Assembly (NCBI GenBank): GCA_963662795.1
Contig: OY759746.1
Coordinates: forward strand, 800,001 to 864,000
Direction of reading: 5' to 3'
Length of the DNA: 64,000 nucleotides
From: Spirochaetia bacterium
GTDB taxonomy: Bacteria; Spirochaetota; Spirochaetia; CADAEX01
Shown here: one piece after another, positions 9,518-18,682 of the stretch
Position numbering within the stretch: the first letter of the stretch is position 1
Layout: every line of letters begins with the position of its first letter
Made by a program: the position numbers and the translations under genes
The notes under the pieces: model-generated
Told to the model about the DNA's origin: nothing
Database searches by the model: none
The model's input: only the letters and a program-made list of their open reading frames with translations

Positions 9518-11179
9518 TCAATCTCTTTCGTTCATCAGATGCTTCTGCAATAACACAAATGCCCCCAGAACAAGTAAAAAAAGGGAAATAATTACAGAGG
9601 CAGCACCGAACCAGTCGCCGGCTTTTGTATATAATGTCCATTTCCCTTTATTAAGCGGGGCAAGTCCTGTAAGCCATGATTCCTCAAAAGGATCAATTCT
9701 GCTTATTATTCTGCCGTTAGGGTCTATTATGCAGGTTATACCACCGTTTGTACTTCTTACTACACTTCGACGGTTTTCCGCGGCCCTGAAAACCGCGTGC
9801 ATCATGTGCTGGACCTCGGCAGGGACAGAACCTGACCAGGAATCATTGGTAATATTTACAATTACATCAGCGCCGCGCCTTACAAATTCCCTCGAGATAT
9901 AGCCGAAAGTATCTTCAAAACAGATTGGCGTTGAAAATTTAACCCTGCCTGATTCAAAAACTGTATATTCTTTCCCTTTTTCCCAGAAATGGGTATCGCT
10001 TTTTTCAAGAAGGTCATAAAACCAAGGCAGCTGTTTTTTATACGGAAAATGCTCGGTAAAAGGGACAAGGTGCATTTTTCTGTAAATATCCTTTATTTCC
10101 CCATTTTCGCAGAAAATAGCCGCGTTATAGTCTACCCGGCGGCTTTGCATGTTCTCGTCCGTAATAAGTCTTCCTTCATCATTTCCGACCAGATAAGGGA
10201 TAGTCTCACCGGCAAGAAAATCCTTAAGTTCTTTTACCAGACCGTAAACATCAGGGTCTGTTCTGTACTTTGAATGCCACTCTATCGCGGGAACAAAAGA
10301 TGTTTCAGACCAGATTATAATCTCGGGATTGTCTTTTTTTGCCATAGTGCTCAGCTTTTTAAGACGGTAAAGAGATTCCTTATATGTTTCGAATCCTCCC
10401 TGCCAGGGGTCAATATTCTGCTGGATCAGGGAGACCTTCCAGGTATCCAGTCCTTTAAGCTCTGTTTTGCTTGCCATACCCCAGACGAGAGCCAATGCCA
10501 TAAGAACAAAATAGGTTAAAACTGCTTTTTTCCCTAAAGACAAGGCCCGGATGAGGGCTGATGCGGATTGCTTTAATAACTCTTTAAGATTCCCGGTATC
10601 TGTGCCGGTAAAAACATCTTTCAGGGCATAACCGATAAATGCGGAGGGGAATATTACCAGAAAGGATACACCCCAGACGCCTGTTAACGAGGAGAGCCTT
10701 ACAAGGGGAGGGAAAAGGTATTGCGTATACCCCATTACTCCATATGAATATCCTAAAAAACCCTTTGTTCTCAGGTACTCATAACCAGTCCATATTACAG
10801 TATTTACAACAAAACTGTAGCGGGGAAACAGCGTATTTGAGAGCTTGAGAAAGGGGAAAAGGATCAGATAATATGCAGCGTATAAAAGAGGTACAATAAA
10901 TATTGTAAGCGGATGAAAGCTCGAAAGCCAGTAATTGAAGAGCGCATAGGATATCAGCCCCAGAAAAAGGCCGTAAAACGGTGCTCTTTTCCAGTTCATC
11001 CTGTAGGTTACAATAAATGCAGGAAAAAGAGATATCCAGGAGAGAAGCGGAAATCCGTTTGTTTTTATAAATGACGGGAATGAGAGTGAAAATAAAATCG
11101 CTGACAGCGTCAGCAGCCCTGTATTTCCTGTTAAAAACAAGATCAGGCCGGGGATTTTATTCCCTGATCGGCCAGACAC
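9518..11179 (-). CDS. lnt: Apolipoprotein N-acyltransferase
   Basis: TM N-terminus, WSET, KMHLVPFTE, ICFED, NITNDSW nitrilase-fold motifs. Confidence 0.93.
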   Translation of the reverse strand: MSGRSGNKIPGLILFLTGNTGLLTLSAILFSLSFPSFIKTNGFPLLSWISLFPAFIVTYRMNWKRAPFYGLFLGLISYALFNYWLSSFHPLTIFIVPLLYAAYYLILFPFLKLSNTLFPRYSFVVNTVIWTGYEYLRTKGFLGYSYGVMGYTQYLFPPLVRLSSLTGVWGVSFLVIFPSAFIGYALKDVFTGTDTGNLKELLKQSASALIRALSLGKKAVLTYFVLMALALVWGMASKTELKGLDTWKVSLIQQNIDPWQGGFETYKESLYRLKKLSTMAKKDNPEIIIWSETSFVPAIEWHSKYRTDPDVYGLVKELKDFLAGETIPYLVGNDEGRLITDENMQSRRVDYNAAIFCENGEIKDIYRKMHLVPFTEHFPYKKQLPWFYDLLEKSDTHFWEKGKEYTVFESGRVKFSTPICFEDTFGYISREFVRRGADVIVNITNDSWSGSVPAEVQHMMHAVFRAAENRRSVVRSTNGGITCIIDPNGRIISRIDPFEESWLTGLAPLNKGKWTLYTKAGDWFGAASVIISLFLLVLGAFVLLQKHLMNERD

Positions 11180-11459
11180 TGCTCTTCAGTTCCTTTCCAG
11201 GACGGAAAACTGCAACACCATGTGTGTTTACTGCTACAATTTCACCGGTTTTTGGATTATGAGCTTTTTCCCTGCCTTTTCTTGTTCTTATCTCAAACGT
11301 TCCAAAACCTCTGAGCTCAACAACTTTATCCTCAGTCAAAGCATTTTTTACTTCTTCAAAAATATTATCCATAATCATGTGAATATCTTTTTTGTTAAAG
11401 CCTGTCTGCTCATAGATTTTTTCAATAATTTCAGCTTTTGTCAGTTTGTCAACGCTCAC
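11157..11459 (-). CDS. HU/IHF family DNA-binding protein (Hbb-like)
   Basis: VELRGFGTFE, NPKTGE, FRPGKELK; adjacent to rpsT. Confidence 0.93.
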   Translation of the reverse strand: MSVDKLTKAEIIEKIYEQTGFNKKDIHMIMDNIFEEVKNALTEDKVVELRGFGTFEIRTRKGREKAHNPKTGEIVAVNTHGVAVFRPGKELKSSVWPIRE

Positions 11460-11538
11460 TTTCCTTACCTATTAATGAATAGTGTATTATACAATACAGG
11501 ATTTCGCTGCTTATTTAAGATTGAGAATAATCTCCTGA

Positions 11539-11814
11539 CTATGAATTCTGGCTGTTCAGTCTGTTAAGCATTTTTGCAAGTCTTGATTTTTTTCTTGCAA
11601 CTGTATTTTTGTGAAAAATACCCTTTCCGGCAGCAGTATCAATTTTTTTAACTACAAGCCGGAATGCTTTTTCTGCTTCATCCTGTTTGCTTGCGCTTAC
11701 TGCAGTTGTGAAATTTTTAATAGTTGTTCTTACTTCACCAACAGCCATTCTATTTCTAAGTCTTCTTTTCAGACTCTGTCTATGCCTTTTGGCCGCAGAT
11801 CCTTTTTCTGCCAA
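11539..11814 (-). CDS. rpsT: 30S ribosomal protein S20
   Basis: SAAKRHRQSLKRRLRN...KGIFHKNTVARKKSRL. Confidence 0.96.
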   Translation of the reverse strand: MAEKGSAAKRHRQSLKRRLRNRMAVGEVRTTIKNFTTAVSASKQDEAEKAFRLVVKKIDTAAGKGIFHKNTVARKKSRLAKMLNRLNSQNS

Positions 11815-11893
11815 TGGAATACCCCTTATTTATGTTTGATTTTTGAAAATAACAAATAAAAAACCTATAGTCAATAGATCGAAAAGACTCTCT

Positions 11894-12064
11894 CTATTTG
11901 AAATCACTTGGTCTTCTTTCCTGTCTCTTGCACTTATCACACTCAGCATAATTCTTCTTTTTTCCTGCTGCAAAGACAGTTTTCATCTTTACTTCTCCTC
12001 CGCAAGGACATAAGAATTTATGAGATGAAGACGCTGTTCTGGCATTCTTACTTACCTGTCCCAT
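11894..12064 (-). CDS. Small basic zinc-ribbon-like protein (56 aa), not in ORF track
   Basis: MGQVSKNARTASSSHKFLCPCGGEVKMKTVFAAGKKKNYAECDKCKRQERRPSDFK; GGAGG SD; own promoter. Confidence 0.85.
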   Translation of the reverse strand: MGQVSKNARTASSSHKFLCPCGGEVKMKTVFAAGKKKNYAECDKCKRQERRPSDFK

Positions 12065-12117
12065 TTTATTCCTCCAAATTAATATAGAAAAAGGGAGCCC
12101 CTATCTATTCCTGAATG

Positions 12118-12146
12118 AATATAATAACATCAAGTGCCGGTGTCAA
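12118..12146 (-). promoter_or_regulatory. sigma70 promoter upstream of the zinc-ribbon ORF
   Basis: TTGACA-N17-TATATT. Confidence 0.7.
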
Positions 12147-12158
12147 GTCCGCCCGGGT

Positions 12159-13097
12159 TCATACTTCATTAAAACGCCATCCCGACCTTTTTTGATCATA
12201 TTCGAATCGGGAAAGCGGCGCACTAAGAGAAACTCCTTCGGGACCCTCAAGTTTAATCATTTTTGTAAGTAAATTTATCTCTGAAACCCTGTAGTATTTA
12301 TCACTTGAATAAACCCGCATCCCTTCGGACGGGTATTTTTTCCTTTCCGACTGATAAAAATCATATTCATAGGAAAGACAGCAGAGAAGACGCCCGCACG
12401 GGCCCGAAATCTTCATTGAGTTCAGTGAAAGGTTCTGATCCTTTGCCATTTTTATTGATACCGGATTCAGCTTGTCTGTAAGGCCATGACAGCAGAAATC
12501 CCGTCCGCATACTCCAAGACCGCCGATTACCCGCGATTCATCCCTTACTCCGATCTGACGGAGCTCAATCCTCATTCTGAAGACCGATACAAGGTCCTTT
12601 ACAAGTTCCCTGAAATCCACCCTCGCATCGGCAGTAAAAAAGAACAGAACTTTGGGCTCCTCAAGGAGATAATGGGCAGATACAAGTTTCATATCAAGCT
12701 TATGATTGGATATCTTTTCCCTGCAGATCCGCAGCGCTTCACGTGTTTTCTCAAGGTTGTGTTCATGCTTTTCAATATCCTCCGGAGTTGCCTTCCTGAG
12801 TATTGACTGAACTGCCCTTATCCCCGCGATTTTCTCTTTTTCCGACCGCAGAAGATAGCTGCCGAGTATCATGGCAAGGTCTTTCCCGTACTTTCCGGTG
12901 GCAACAACAATATCCCTGTGATTCACCTCCATTCCCTGCGGATACTCACAAAATTCTGTTTCGTTTGAGTGGAGGAATTTTATTTTAATAAGCTTTTCCG
13001 GAAGGTCCGGAATATCCAGACCCTCACCGTGGTCATCAACTATATCTTCTTTAAAAATATCTTCATCAATTATATCTTCATCAAGTTTTTTCATCAT
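12159..13097 (-). CDS. PSP1-domain / RicT (YaaT) family protein
   Basis: RVDFRELVKDL, RIELRQIGVRDE, GVCGRDFCC, KISGPCGRLLCCL. Confidence 0.92.
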   Translation of the reverse strand: MMKKLDEDIIDEDIFKEDIVDDHGEGLDIPDLPEKLIKIKFLHSNETEFCEYPQGMEVNHRDIVVATGKYGKDLAMILGSYLLRSEKEKIAGIRAVQSILRKATPEDIEKHEHNLEKTREALRICREKISNHKLDMKLVSAHYLLEEPKVLFFFTADARVDFRELVKDLVSVFRMRIELRQIGVRDESRVIGGLGVCGRDFCCHGLTDKLNPVSIKMAKDQNLSLNSMKISGPCGRLLCCLSYEYDFYQSERKKYPSEGMRVYSSDKYYRVSEINLLTKMIKLEGPEGVSLSAPLSRFEYDQKRSGWRFNEV

Positions 13098-13606
13098 TAC
13101 CTCATTAAATCAACAAGCAGCCCTTCAATTTCTTCGATTTTTTTCAGTATTGTAAGCTGGCTCCTCTGATTCTGAAGAATATGAAAAGCCAGTTTCTCAA
13201 GCTGCTGGTCAACTATTTTTATCTTTGTCCATCTTTTTTCATCAATTACCGGCATACCGTTTTTCATATATTTCCGGCTCTGTACATCGGATTCCATATT
13301 ATATGCATTTTTTACAATATAGCCAATAAATCTTTTAACAGATTCCTTATATTCTTTGACATTTGAAATAAACGGTTTGTCAATAAGTTTTTCACCGGCA
13401 GAATGGACATCATCAAGCAGTTCTTCAAGAGACACCCCCTCGTCAACCACTGATGAAAGATAAAAAGAAAAATCCTGTCCCGATGCCTCATCAGCTTCCG
13501 CTATACCAAAAAGGCCGGCAGGTCTGCTCTTATGCTTTTTATCTACTTTTTTATCTTTTCCGCTTTTGAGAGGAATATTGCTGCCTGTAAAATCTATTTT
13601 TTCCAT
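13097..13606 (-). CDS. YaaR/DUF327 family protein
   Basis: LLDDVHSAGEKL...YKESVKRF...IEEIEGLLVDL; start set at MEKIDF. Confidence 0.8.
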   Translation of the reverse strand: MEKIDFTGSNIPLKSGKDKKVDKKHKSRPAGLFGIAEADEASGQDFSFYLSSVVDEGVSLEELLDDVHSAGEKLIDKPFISNVKEYKESVKRFIGYIVKNAYNMESDVQSRKYMKNGMPVIDEKRWTKIKIVDQQLEKLAFHILQNQRSQLTILKKIEEIEGLLVDLMR

Positions 13607-13657
13607 TAGAAAACAGGTTTCCTGTATTGCAGAAAACAAATTCTGCAGCAGCTGGCT

Positions 13658-14194
13658 TTAAACAACAATTCGGGAGGCATTATTATGAAGTCTGTCTGGA
13701 TTTTCCTGTTCCGAAGAAGCTTCTTCTTCATCCGGAGATTCTTCCCTGTTGCCGTATTCAGAGGCAGACACAGCCTGTGAATTGTCCTGAAGGGAAGTTC
13801 TGGATTCAGTTACGACATTGCCTTGTGTCTTATTATTCTTTTTATCATAATTATTGGTAATTGTGCAGTTCCCGCTTAAAATCACCCCTTCCTCAACAAT
13901 AAGCCTCGGTGAAAAAATATTGCCGAGTATTATTCCGGAAGAGAGGATAATAACCTTTTCAGATGAATATATATCTCCGCGGACAGCCCCGCCTATTACT
14001 ACCGTACTGGCCTTGATTGTACACTGGGCCCTGCCGTTTTTTCCAACAAGAACCTTGCCGTTTGTGTTTATTGAGCCGGTAAAATCCCCATCTATTCTCA
14101 AAAGTCCGTTTAAATCAAGTTCACCATTGAACCTGGTCCCTTCACCAACAATCGAGTTGACGAAAGCCCCATCTTCAACAAAACTATTACTCAT
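13658..14194 (-). CDS. Bactofilin with acidic disordered C-terminal tail
   Basis: NSIVGEGTRFNG...LRIDGDFTG...VVIGGAVRGDI; downstream of M23. Confidence 0.9.
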   Translation of the reverse strand: MSNSFVEDGAFVNSIVGEGTRFNGELDLNGLLRIDGDFTGSINTNGKVLVGKNGRAQCTIKASTVVIGGAVRGDIYSSEKVIILSSGIILGNIFSPRLIVEEGVILSGNCTITNNYDKKNNKTQGNVVTESRTSLQDNSQAVSASEYGNREESPDEEEASSEQENPDRLHNNASRIVV

Positions 14195-14227
14195 TATTTA
14201 TCCTGCCCTTTCCAGCCAAATCAAGAA

Positions 14228-15256
14228 TCACTCACCAGGCCTGTTTTTTATATTAAGATACCGTTCAGGGTCAACAACCTGCGACCCTATTCTTACTTCA
14301 TAATGTAAATGAGCTGCGGTGGAAAGTCCAGTATTACCCATGGTTCCTATAACCTGTCCCTGATTAACGGTTTCGCCTTCCTTTACATATACCTTGTCCA
14401 TGTGACCGTATTTTGTAAAAAACCCGTATTTATGGCGTAACAGCAGATAATTTCCAAATCCGTTGGGTTCATAACCTTTTTCAACTACCTTGCCGTTGGC
14501 AGTCGAAACAATCGGCGTACCCTGCTGATAGGCAAGATCAATACCCTTATGAAGATACCACTGTTTTGTAAAGGGATGAACTGCCGGACCGAAATAATTG
14601 GTAATCCTTCCCCTTACATTTTTCAGAGGCCAGAGAGTCGGAAGCTCAACAAGAAGTTCCCCCTGCGCAACAAGCAGTTCAGTAATCTCATCAAAAGACT
14701 CTACCGATTCCTTGAGAAACGCGCTGAGACTTTTTAAATCCTCAAGTTCCCTTATAATTGTCTCTTCCTGTGTACTTTTTTTATATGATGATGAAGAAAA
14801 ATCGCTGCCCGGTTTTTTGGCAGATTCGGCAAGAGGATTATCTATGCCCAATGTGCCAAGTGTCTTAACAAGTGAAGCTTCAAAAACACGGGAAACACTT
14901 TTCAGCTCTGCAATCTGGTCCCTGATAATTTCAAGATCTGACTCTTTTTTATCCAGTATTTCAGATCGTGTAGACAAAAGTCCCGACATTCCCTTGAACT
15001 GTGTAGTAAAAATAACAAAAGAGGTCATCATACACCCTAAAAGAAAGACAACAACAATAAGGGAAAATACAGATATTCTGAAGTTGAATATTTTTTTTTC
15101 GGAATGGGGAATCAGCATTACAGTAAAACGCTGTTTTCCGGCATTTACCATATCGTTAAAAGATGAGGAGATTTTTGTGAATACAGTATTTAAAAATTTC
15201 TCGATTTTTTCTACAAATCTGGCTTCTACTTTTTTATAATTACTCAAAGGGGACAC
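14228..15256 (-). CDS. Membrane-anchored M23 peptidase with coiled coil
   Basis: TM segment, HKGID, YGHM, HLHYEV. Confidence 0.9.
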   Translation of the reverse strand: MSPLSNYKKVEARFVEKIEKFLNTVFTKISSSFNDMVNAGKQRFTVMLIPHSEKKIFNFRISVFSLIVVVFLLGCMMTSFVIFTTQFKGMSGLLSTRSEILDKKESDLEIIRDQIAELKSVSRVFEASLVKTLGTLGIDNPLAESAKKPGSDFSSSSYKKSTQEETIIRELEDLKSLSAFLKESVESFDEITELLVAQGELLVELPTLWPLKNVRGRITNYFGPAVHPFTKQWYLHKGIDLAYQQGTPIVSTANGKVVEKGYEPNGFGNYLLLRHKYGFFTKYGHMDKVYVKEGETVNQGQVIGTMGNTGLSTAAHLHYEVRIGSQVVDPERYLNIKNRPGE

Positions 15257-15278
15257 AAGTTTCTCCTATTTTAAACTG

Positions 15279-15343
15279 AGAATATCACGCACGATAATAT
15301 TTGTCAAATAAATGTTGACGGCTTACTTTCTACGTGCTATTCT
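15279..15343. promoter_or_regulatory. Back-to-back divergent sigma70 promoters (M23 operon / tatD)
   Basis: Minus: TTGACA-N17-TATTCT (15307-15279). Plus: TTGACG-N17-TATTCT (15315-15343). Both have a TG extended -10. Confidence 0.65.
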
Positions 15344-15393
15344 TCATAAAATTCTATATCCTTAACAATAAAATCAATAAAAAGCGGTGGAAC

Positions 15394-16167
15394 ATGAAAC
15401 TTTTTGATACTCATGCACACATCGGGCTTATAAATGAAGACCCGATAGAACAACTTATAATTACTCAGGAAGCAAAACATGAAAAAGTTGAGCATATTGT
15501 AAGCATCTGCAACAGTCTTCATGACTTTTTTATTGTTTATGAAAACCTGAAGACAGCCGGCAATATCTTTCATAGTATCGGAGTCTCTCCTTCCGAAGTC
15601 GCTCACCCTGGAAAAGACTGGGAGCAAAAAATCGATCAGGGTGTCGAATTCGACCGTGTTGTCGCAATCGGCGAAATCGGTTTAGATTATTATCGGAAGT
15701 TTGGCGATAAAAAATCACAAATTGAGTTATTTATTAAACAGCTTGAAATGGCTCAGCACTATAATCTTCCTGTTATTATCCATAACCGGGAGGCAGGCAA
15801 TGATGTCCTTGAGATTTTAAGGCAGAAACTTCCTGAAAGAGGCGGTATTCTTCATTGTTTTTCCGAAGACTGGGAATATGCAAAAAAAGCTCTTGATTTA
15901 AACCTCTATATCTCATTCGCGGGCAATGTAACATACAGGAACGCAAGAAACCTGCATGATGCGGCGCGCAATATGCCTCTGGACAGAATGCTGATAGAAT
16001 CCGAAAGCCCGTTTATGGTTCCATCCGAGTACAAGGGAAAAAGGAACAAACCCGCATATCTCCATTCAACAGCGGAATTTATAGCTGAGCTCAGGGAGCT
16101 TGATTTTGAAGAAACAGCTGACATTCTTTACAAAAACAGCCTGGATTTTTTCAATATCGACGAATAA
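15394..16167 (+). CDS. tatD: TatD family hydrolase
   Basis: DTHAH, AIGEIGLDY, IIHNR, ILHCFS; start set at MKLFD. Confidence 0.92.
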   Translation: MKLFDTHAHIGLINEDPIEQLIITQEAKHEKVEHIVSICNSLHDFFIVYENLKTAGNIFHSIGVSPSEVAHPGKDWEQKIDQGVEFDRVVAIGEIGLDYYRKFGDKKSQIELFIKQLEMAQHYNLPVIIHNREAGNDVLEILRQKLPERGGILHCFSEDWEYAKKALDLNLYISFAGNVTYRNARNLHDAARNMPLDRMLIESESPFMVPSEYKGKRNKPAYLHSTAEFIAELRELDFEETADILYKNSLDFFNIDE

Positions 16168-16187
16168 ACAGCTATATTAATAATATC

Positions 16188-17195
16188 ATGACAGCTTTTA
16201 GTTCCCTGCTGCACCCTGTAAGGATAAATTCCCGGATTACTATACCCGGGAACCTTTTTCTTGCTCCGATGGCAGGTTTTACTGATGCGGCATTCCGGCA
16301 TATCTGCATTGCAAACGGCAGCGATTTGTGCTGGACAGAGATGGTTTCATGCGAAGCCCTTTCAAGAGAAAGCCTTAAAACGAAAAAAATCCTCATCAGG
16401 GCAGAGAACGAGAAAATATACGCTGTTCAGATATTCTGCTCATCACCTGAAACTGCCGTCTCCGCCCTTAAACATATTCTCCCCTTCGAACCATTCCTTA
16501 TAGACCTTAACTGCGGCTGTCCTGTCCCCAAGATTATAAAATCAGGGGCGGGTTCCGCACTGATGAAAAGCCCCCAAAGAATCATGGATATTGTAAAGGC
16601 ATTATCGGATTCAACTGATATCCCGATTACGGTAAAACTAAGGTCTGGCTGGGATGCACAGAGCATAAACTATCTGAAGGCGGCAGAATATGCGGTTAAG
16701 GGTGGGGCGCAGATGATTACACTTCATCCCAGGACAAAAACCCAAGGCTACGCAGGAAAAGCCGACTGGGACAAAATCCGGCTGCTCAAGGCAGAAACAG
16801 ATGTCCCTGTCATAGGCTCAGGCGATCTTTTATCCCCTTCAGCCTGCCTTGAAATGCTTAAAAATACCGGCTGTGATGGGGTGATGGCAGCAAGGGGAGC
16901 TGTAGGGCAGCCTGAATTATTTAAAAATACAAAACTAATGGCGGAAACAGGGGATATTGAGGAAACCCGGTTTTCTGAAAAAATAAAAAATGCCAAAGAG
17001 CACCTTGAACTAGAGTTTAAATATATTGATGAGAAAGTTGCGGTAAATGAAATAAAGAAGCACCTTTGCTCATATATAAAAGGAATACCCGGCTCGGCAG
17101 CAATAAGGAACAGGATTGTCCGCTGTGTGTCATTTGATGAATACAAATCAGTACTGGGAGAGATTGAAGAGCAAATTCCCCGGCCCCGGCCCTGA
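16188..17195 (+). CDS. dusB: tRNA-dihydrouridine synthase B
   Basis: LAPMAG, DLNCGCP, GAGSALM, TVKLRSG, HPRT. Confidence 0.9.
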   Translation: MTAFSSLLHPVRINSRITIPGNLFLAPMAGFTDAAFRHICIANGSDLCWTEMVSCEALSRESLKTKKILIRAENEKIYAVQIFCSSPETAVSALKHILPFEPFLIDLNCGCPVPKIIKSGAGSALMKSPQRIMDIVKALSDSTDIPITVKLRSGWDAQSINYLKAAEYAVKGGAQMITLHPRTKTQGYAGKADWDKIRLLKAETDVPVIGSGDLLSPSACLEMLKNTGCDGVMAARGAVGQPELFKNTKLMAETGDIEETRFSEKIKNAKEHLELEFKYIDEKVAVNEIKKHLCSYIKGIPGSAAIRNRIVRCVSFDEYKSVLGEIEEQIPRPRP

Positions 17196-17278
17196 TTTTG
17201 CACATCAACAGAAACCGGTAATTCAGCAGGAAAGAGATTCCGGGCCGGGACGTATCTCTTGACTAGATTCCTTAATGA

Positions 17279-18682
17279 ATGGTATCTATCAGTGTGGAAG
17301 ATAATAATTCAAAACCGGGACATTATTGCGGTTTAGCAGGAATATACGCAGAAAGTCCGCTTAATATACCCCAAAATCTGTTTTACTCGCTTTTTTCCCT
17401 CCAGCACAGGGGGCAGGAAAGCGCGGGTGTTTCCTACAGAAAAAACGGTAATATAGTAACATACAGGGATCTCGGCATGGTGCCGGCAGTCCTTTCAAGA
17501 TACCTGCACCTGGAAAGGCTTTCAAATATCGGGATAGGGCATGTAAGGTATTCAACAAAAGGCGGCAACAGGATTGAAAATGTCCAGCCTTTGCATGCCG
17601 TCTGCAACAAGGGCCAGATCGCCATAGCGCATAACGGCACTATTTCCAATGCCCCGGCCTTAAAAAGAACTCTTTTCGACAAAGGCGCAATAATACAGAG
17701 CACATCCGATACAGAACTTATACTTCACATGCTGTCAATGAATGACGAGAAAGATTTCAAAAAAGCGCTGTTTTCAACCCTGCGCCTTCTTGAAGGGGCT
17801 TTCAGTCTTCTCATAATAAGGAATGAATCACTTATCGCAGCAAGAGACCCCAACGGGTTCAGGCCGCTTTATATGGGGAAAAAAGAGGGAATGACAATCT
17901 TTGCCTCTGAAACCTGCGCCCTCGATATCCTTCAGGCAAATGATGTAAGAGAAGTCGAACCCGGCGAGATAATTATTATTGATAAAAAAGGGATGCGCAG
18001 CGAACGTTTCGCAGAACCTGTAAGAATCAGTCAGTGCGTGTTTGAGCTTATATATTTTGCAAGGCCTGACTCTTCAATTTTCGGCAAATCTGTTCACCTG
18101 ATGCGCAAAAAGATGGGTGCGGCCCTTGCGGTAAATGAAAAAATAAAGGGCGACATTGTAATGGCAGTTCCGGACTCAGGCAACAGCGCCGCATTAGGCT
18201 ATGCGGAAAAGTCGGGACTGCCCCTCGAATACGGGCTTTCAAGAAACCATTATGCCGGCCGCTCTTTTATAATGCCGACAAAAGAACAGCGCGAGCTCAT
18301 GGTGAGGATGAAACTCAATCCGGTAAAAGAGGTTGTCAAAGGCAAGAATATTATACTTGTTGATGATTCTCTTGTAAGGGGAACGACAAGCCGCCTGATA
18401 GTAAAAATGCTGCGCGAAGCAGGCGCCAAAGAGATCCATTTAAGGCTTTCTTCTCCTGAAATTAAATGCCCCTGTTATTTCGGAATAGATATTCCGACAA
18501 GGGAGGAGCTTATTTCAAACAGGATGACTTCTAAAGAAATCGCAGATCACATAGGGGCTGACTCGGTTTACTTCCTCCCTGTTGAAAGCCTTATGGGCTG
18601 CCTTGAAAATCCTGATGACTTTTGCTATGCGTGTTTTACAGGCAATTATCCGATTGAGGTCGAAGAGGCCGGGGAGATATAG
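17279..18682 (+). CDS. purF: Amidophosphoribosyltransferase (Fe-S type)
   Basis: CG after a short propeptide, LQHRGQESAG, GHVRYST, VDDSLVRGTT, FCYACF. Confidence 0.96.
   Translation: MVSISVEDNNSKPGHYCGLAGIYAESPLNIPQNLFYSLFSLQHRGQESAGVSYRKNGNIVTYRDLGMVPAVLSRYLHLERLSNIGIGHVRYSTKGGNRIENVQPLHAVCNKGQIAIAHNGTISNAPALKRTLFDKGAIIQSTSDTELILHMLSMNDEKDFKKALFSTLRLLEGAFSLLIIRNESLIAARDPNGFRPLYMGKKEGMTIFASETCALDILQANDVREVEPGEIIIIDKKGMRSERFAEPVRISQCVFELIYFARPDSSIFGKSVHLMRKKMGAALAVNEKIKGDIVMAVPDSGNSAALGYAEKSGLPLEYGLSRNHYAGRSFIMPTKEQRELMVRMKLNPVKEVVKGKNIILVDDSLVRGTTSRLIVKMLREAGAKEIHLRLSSPEIKCPCYFGIDIPTREELISNRMTSKEIADHIGADSVYFLPVESLMGCLENPDDFCYACFTGNYPIEVEEAGEI

Noticed and set aside
14598-15239. Long antisense ORFs (14598..15239, 25173..25814, 34964..35512 and similar)
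   Set aside because: Shadows of well-supported genes on the opposite strand, with no motifs or SD
17177-17278. Purine, ZTP or PRPP riboswitch before purF; a GC-rich inverted repeat (cccggccc/gggccggg) is present
   Set aside because: No conserved aptamer motif recognised; one arm of the repeat lies in the dusB coding end
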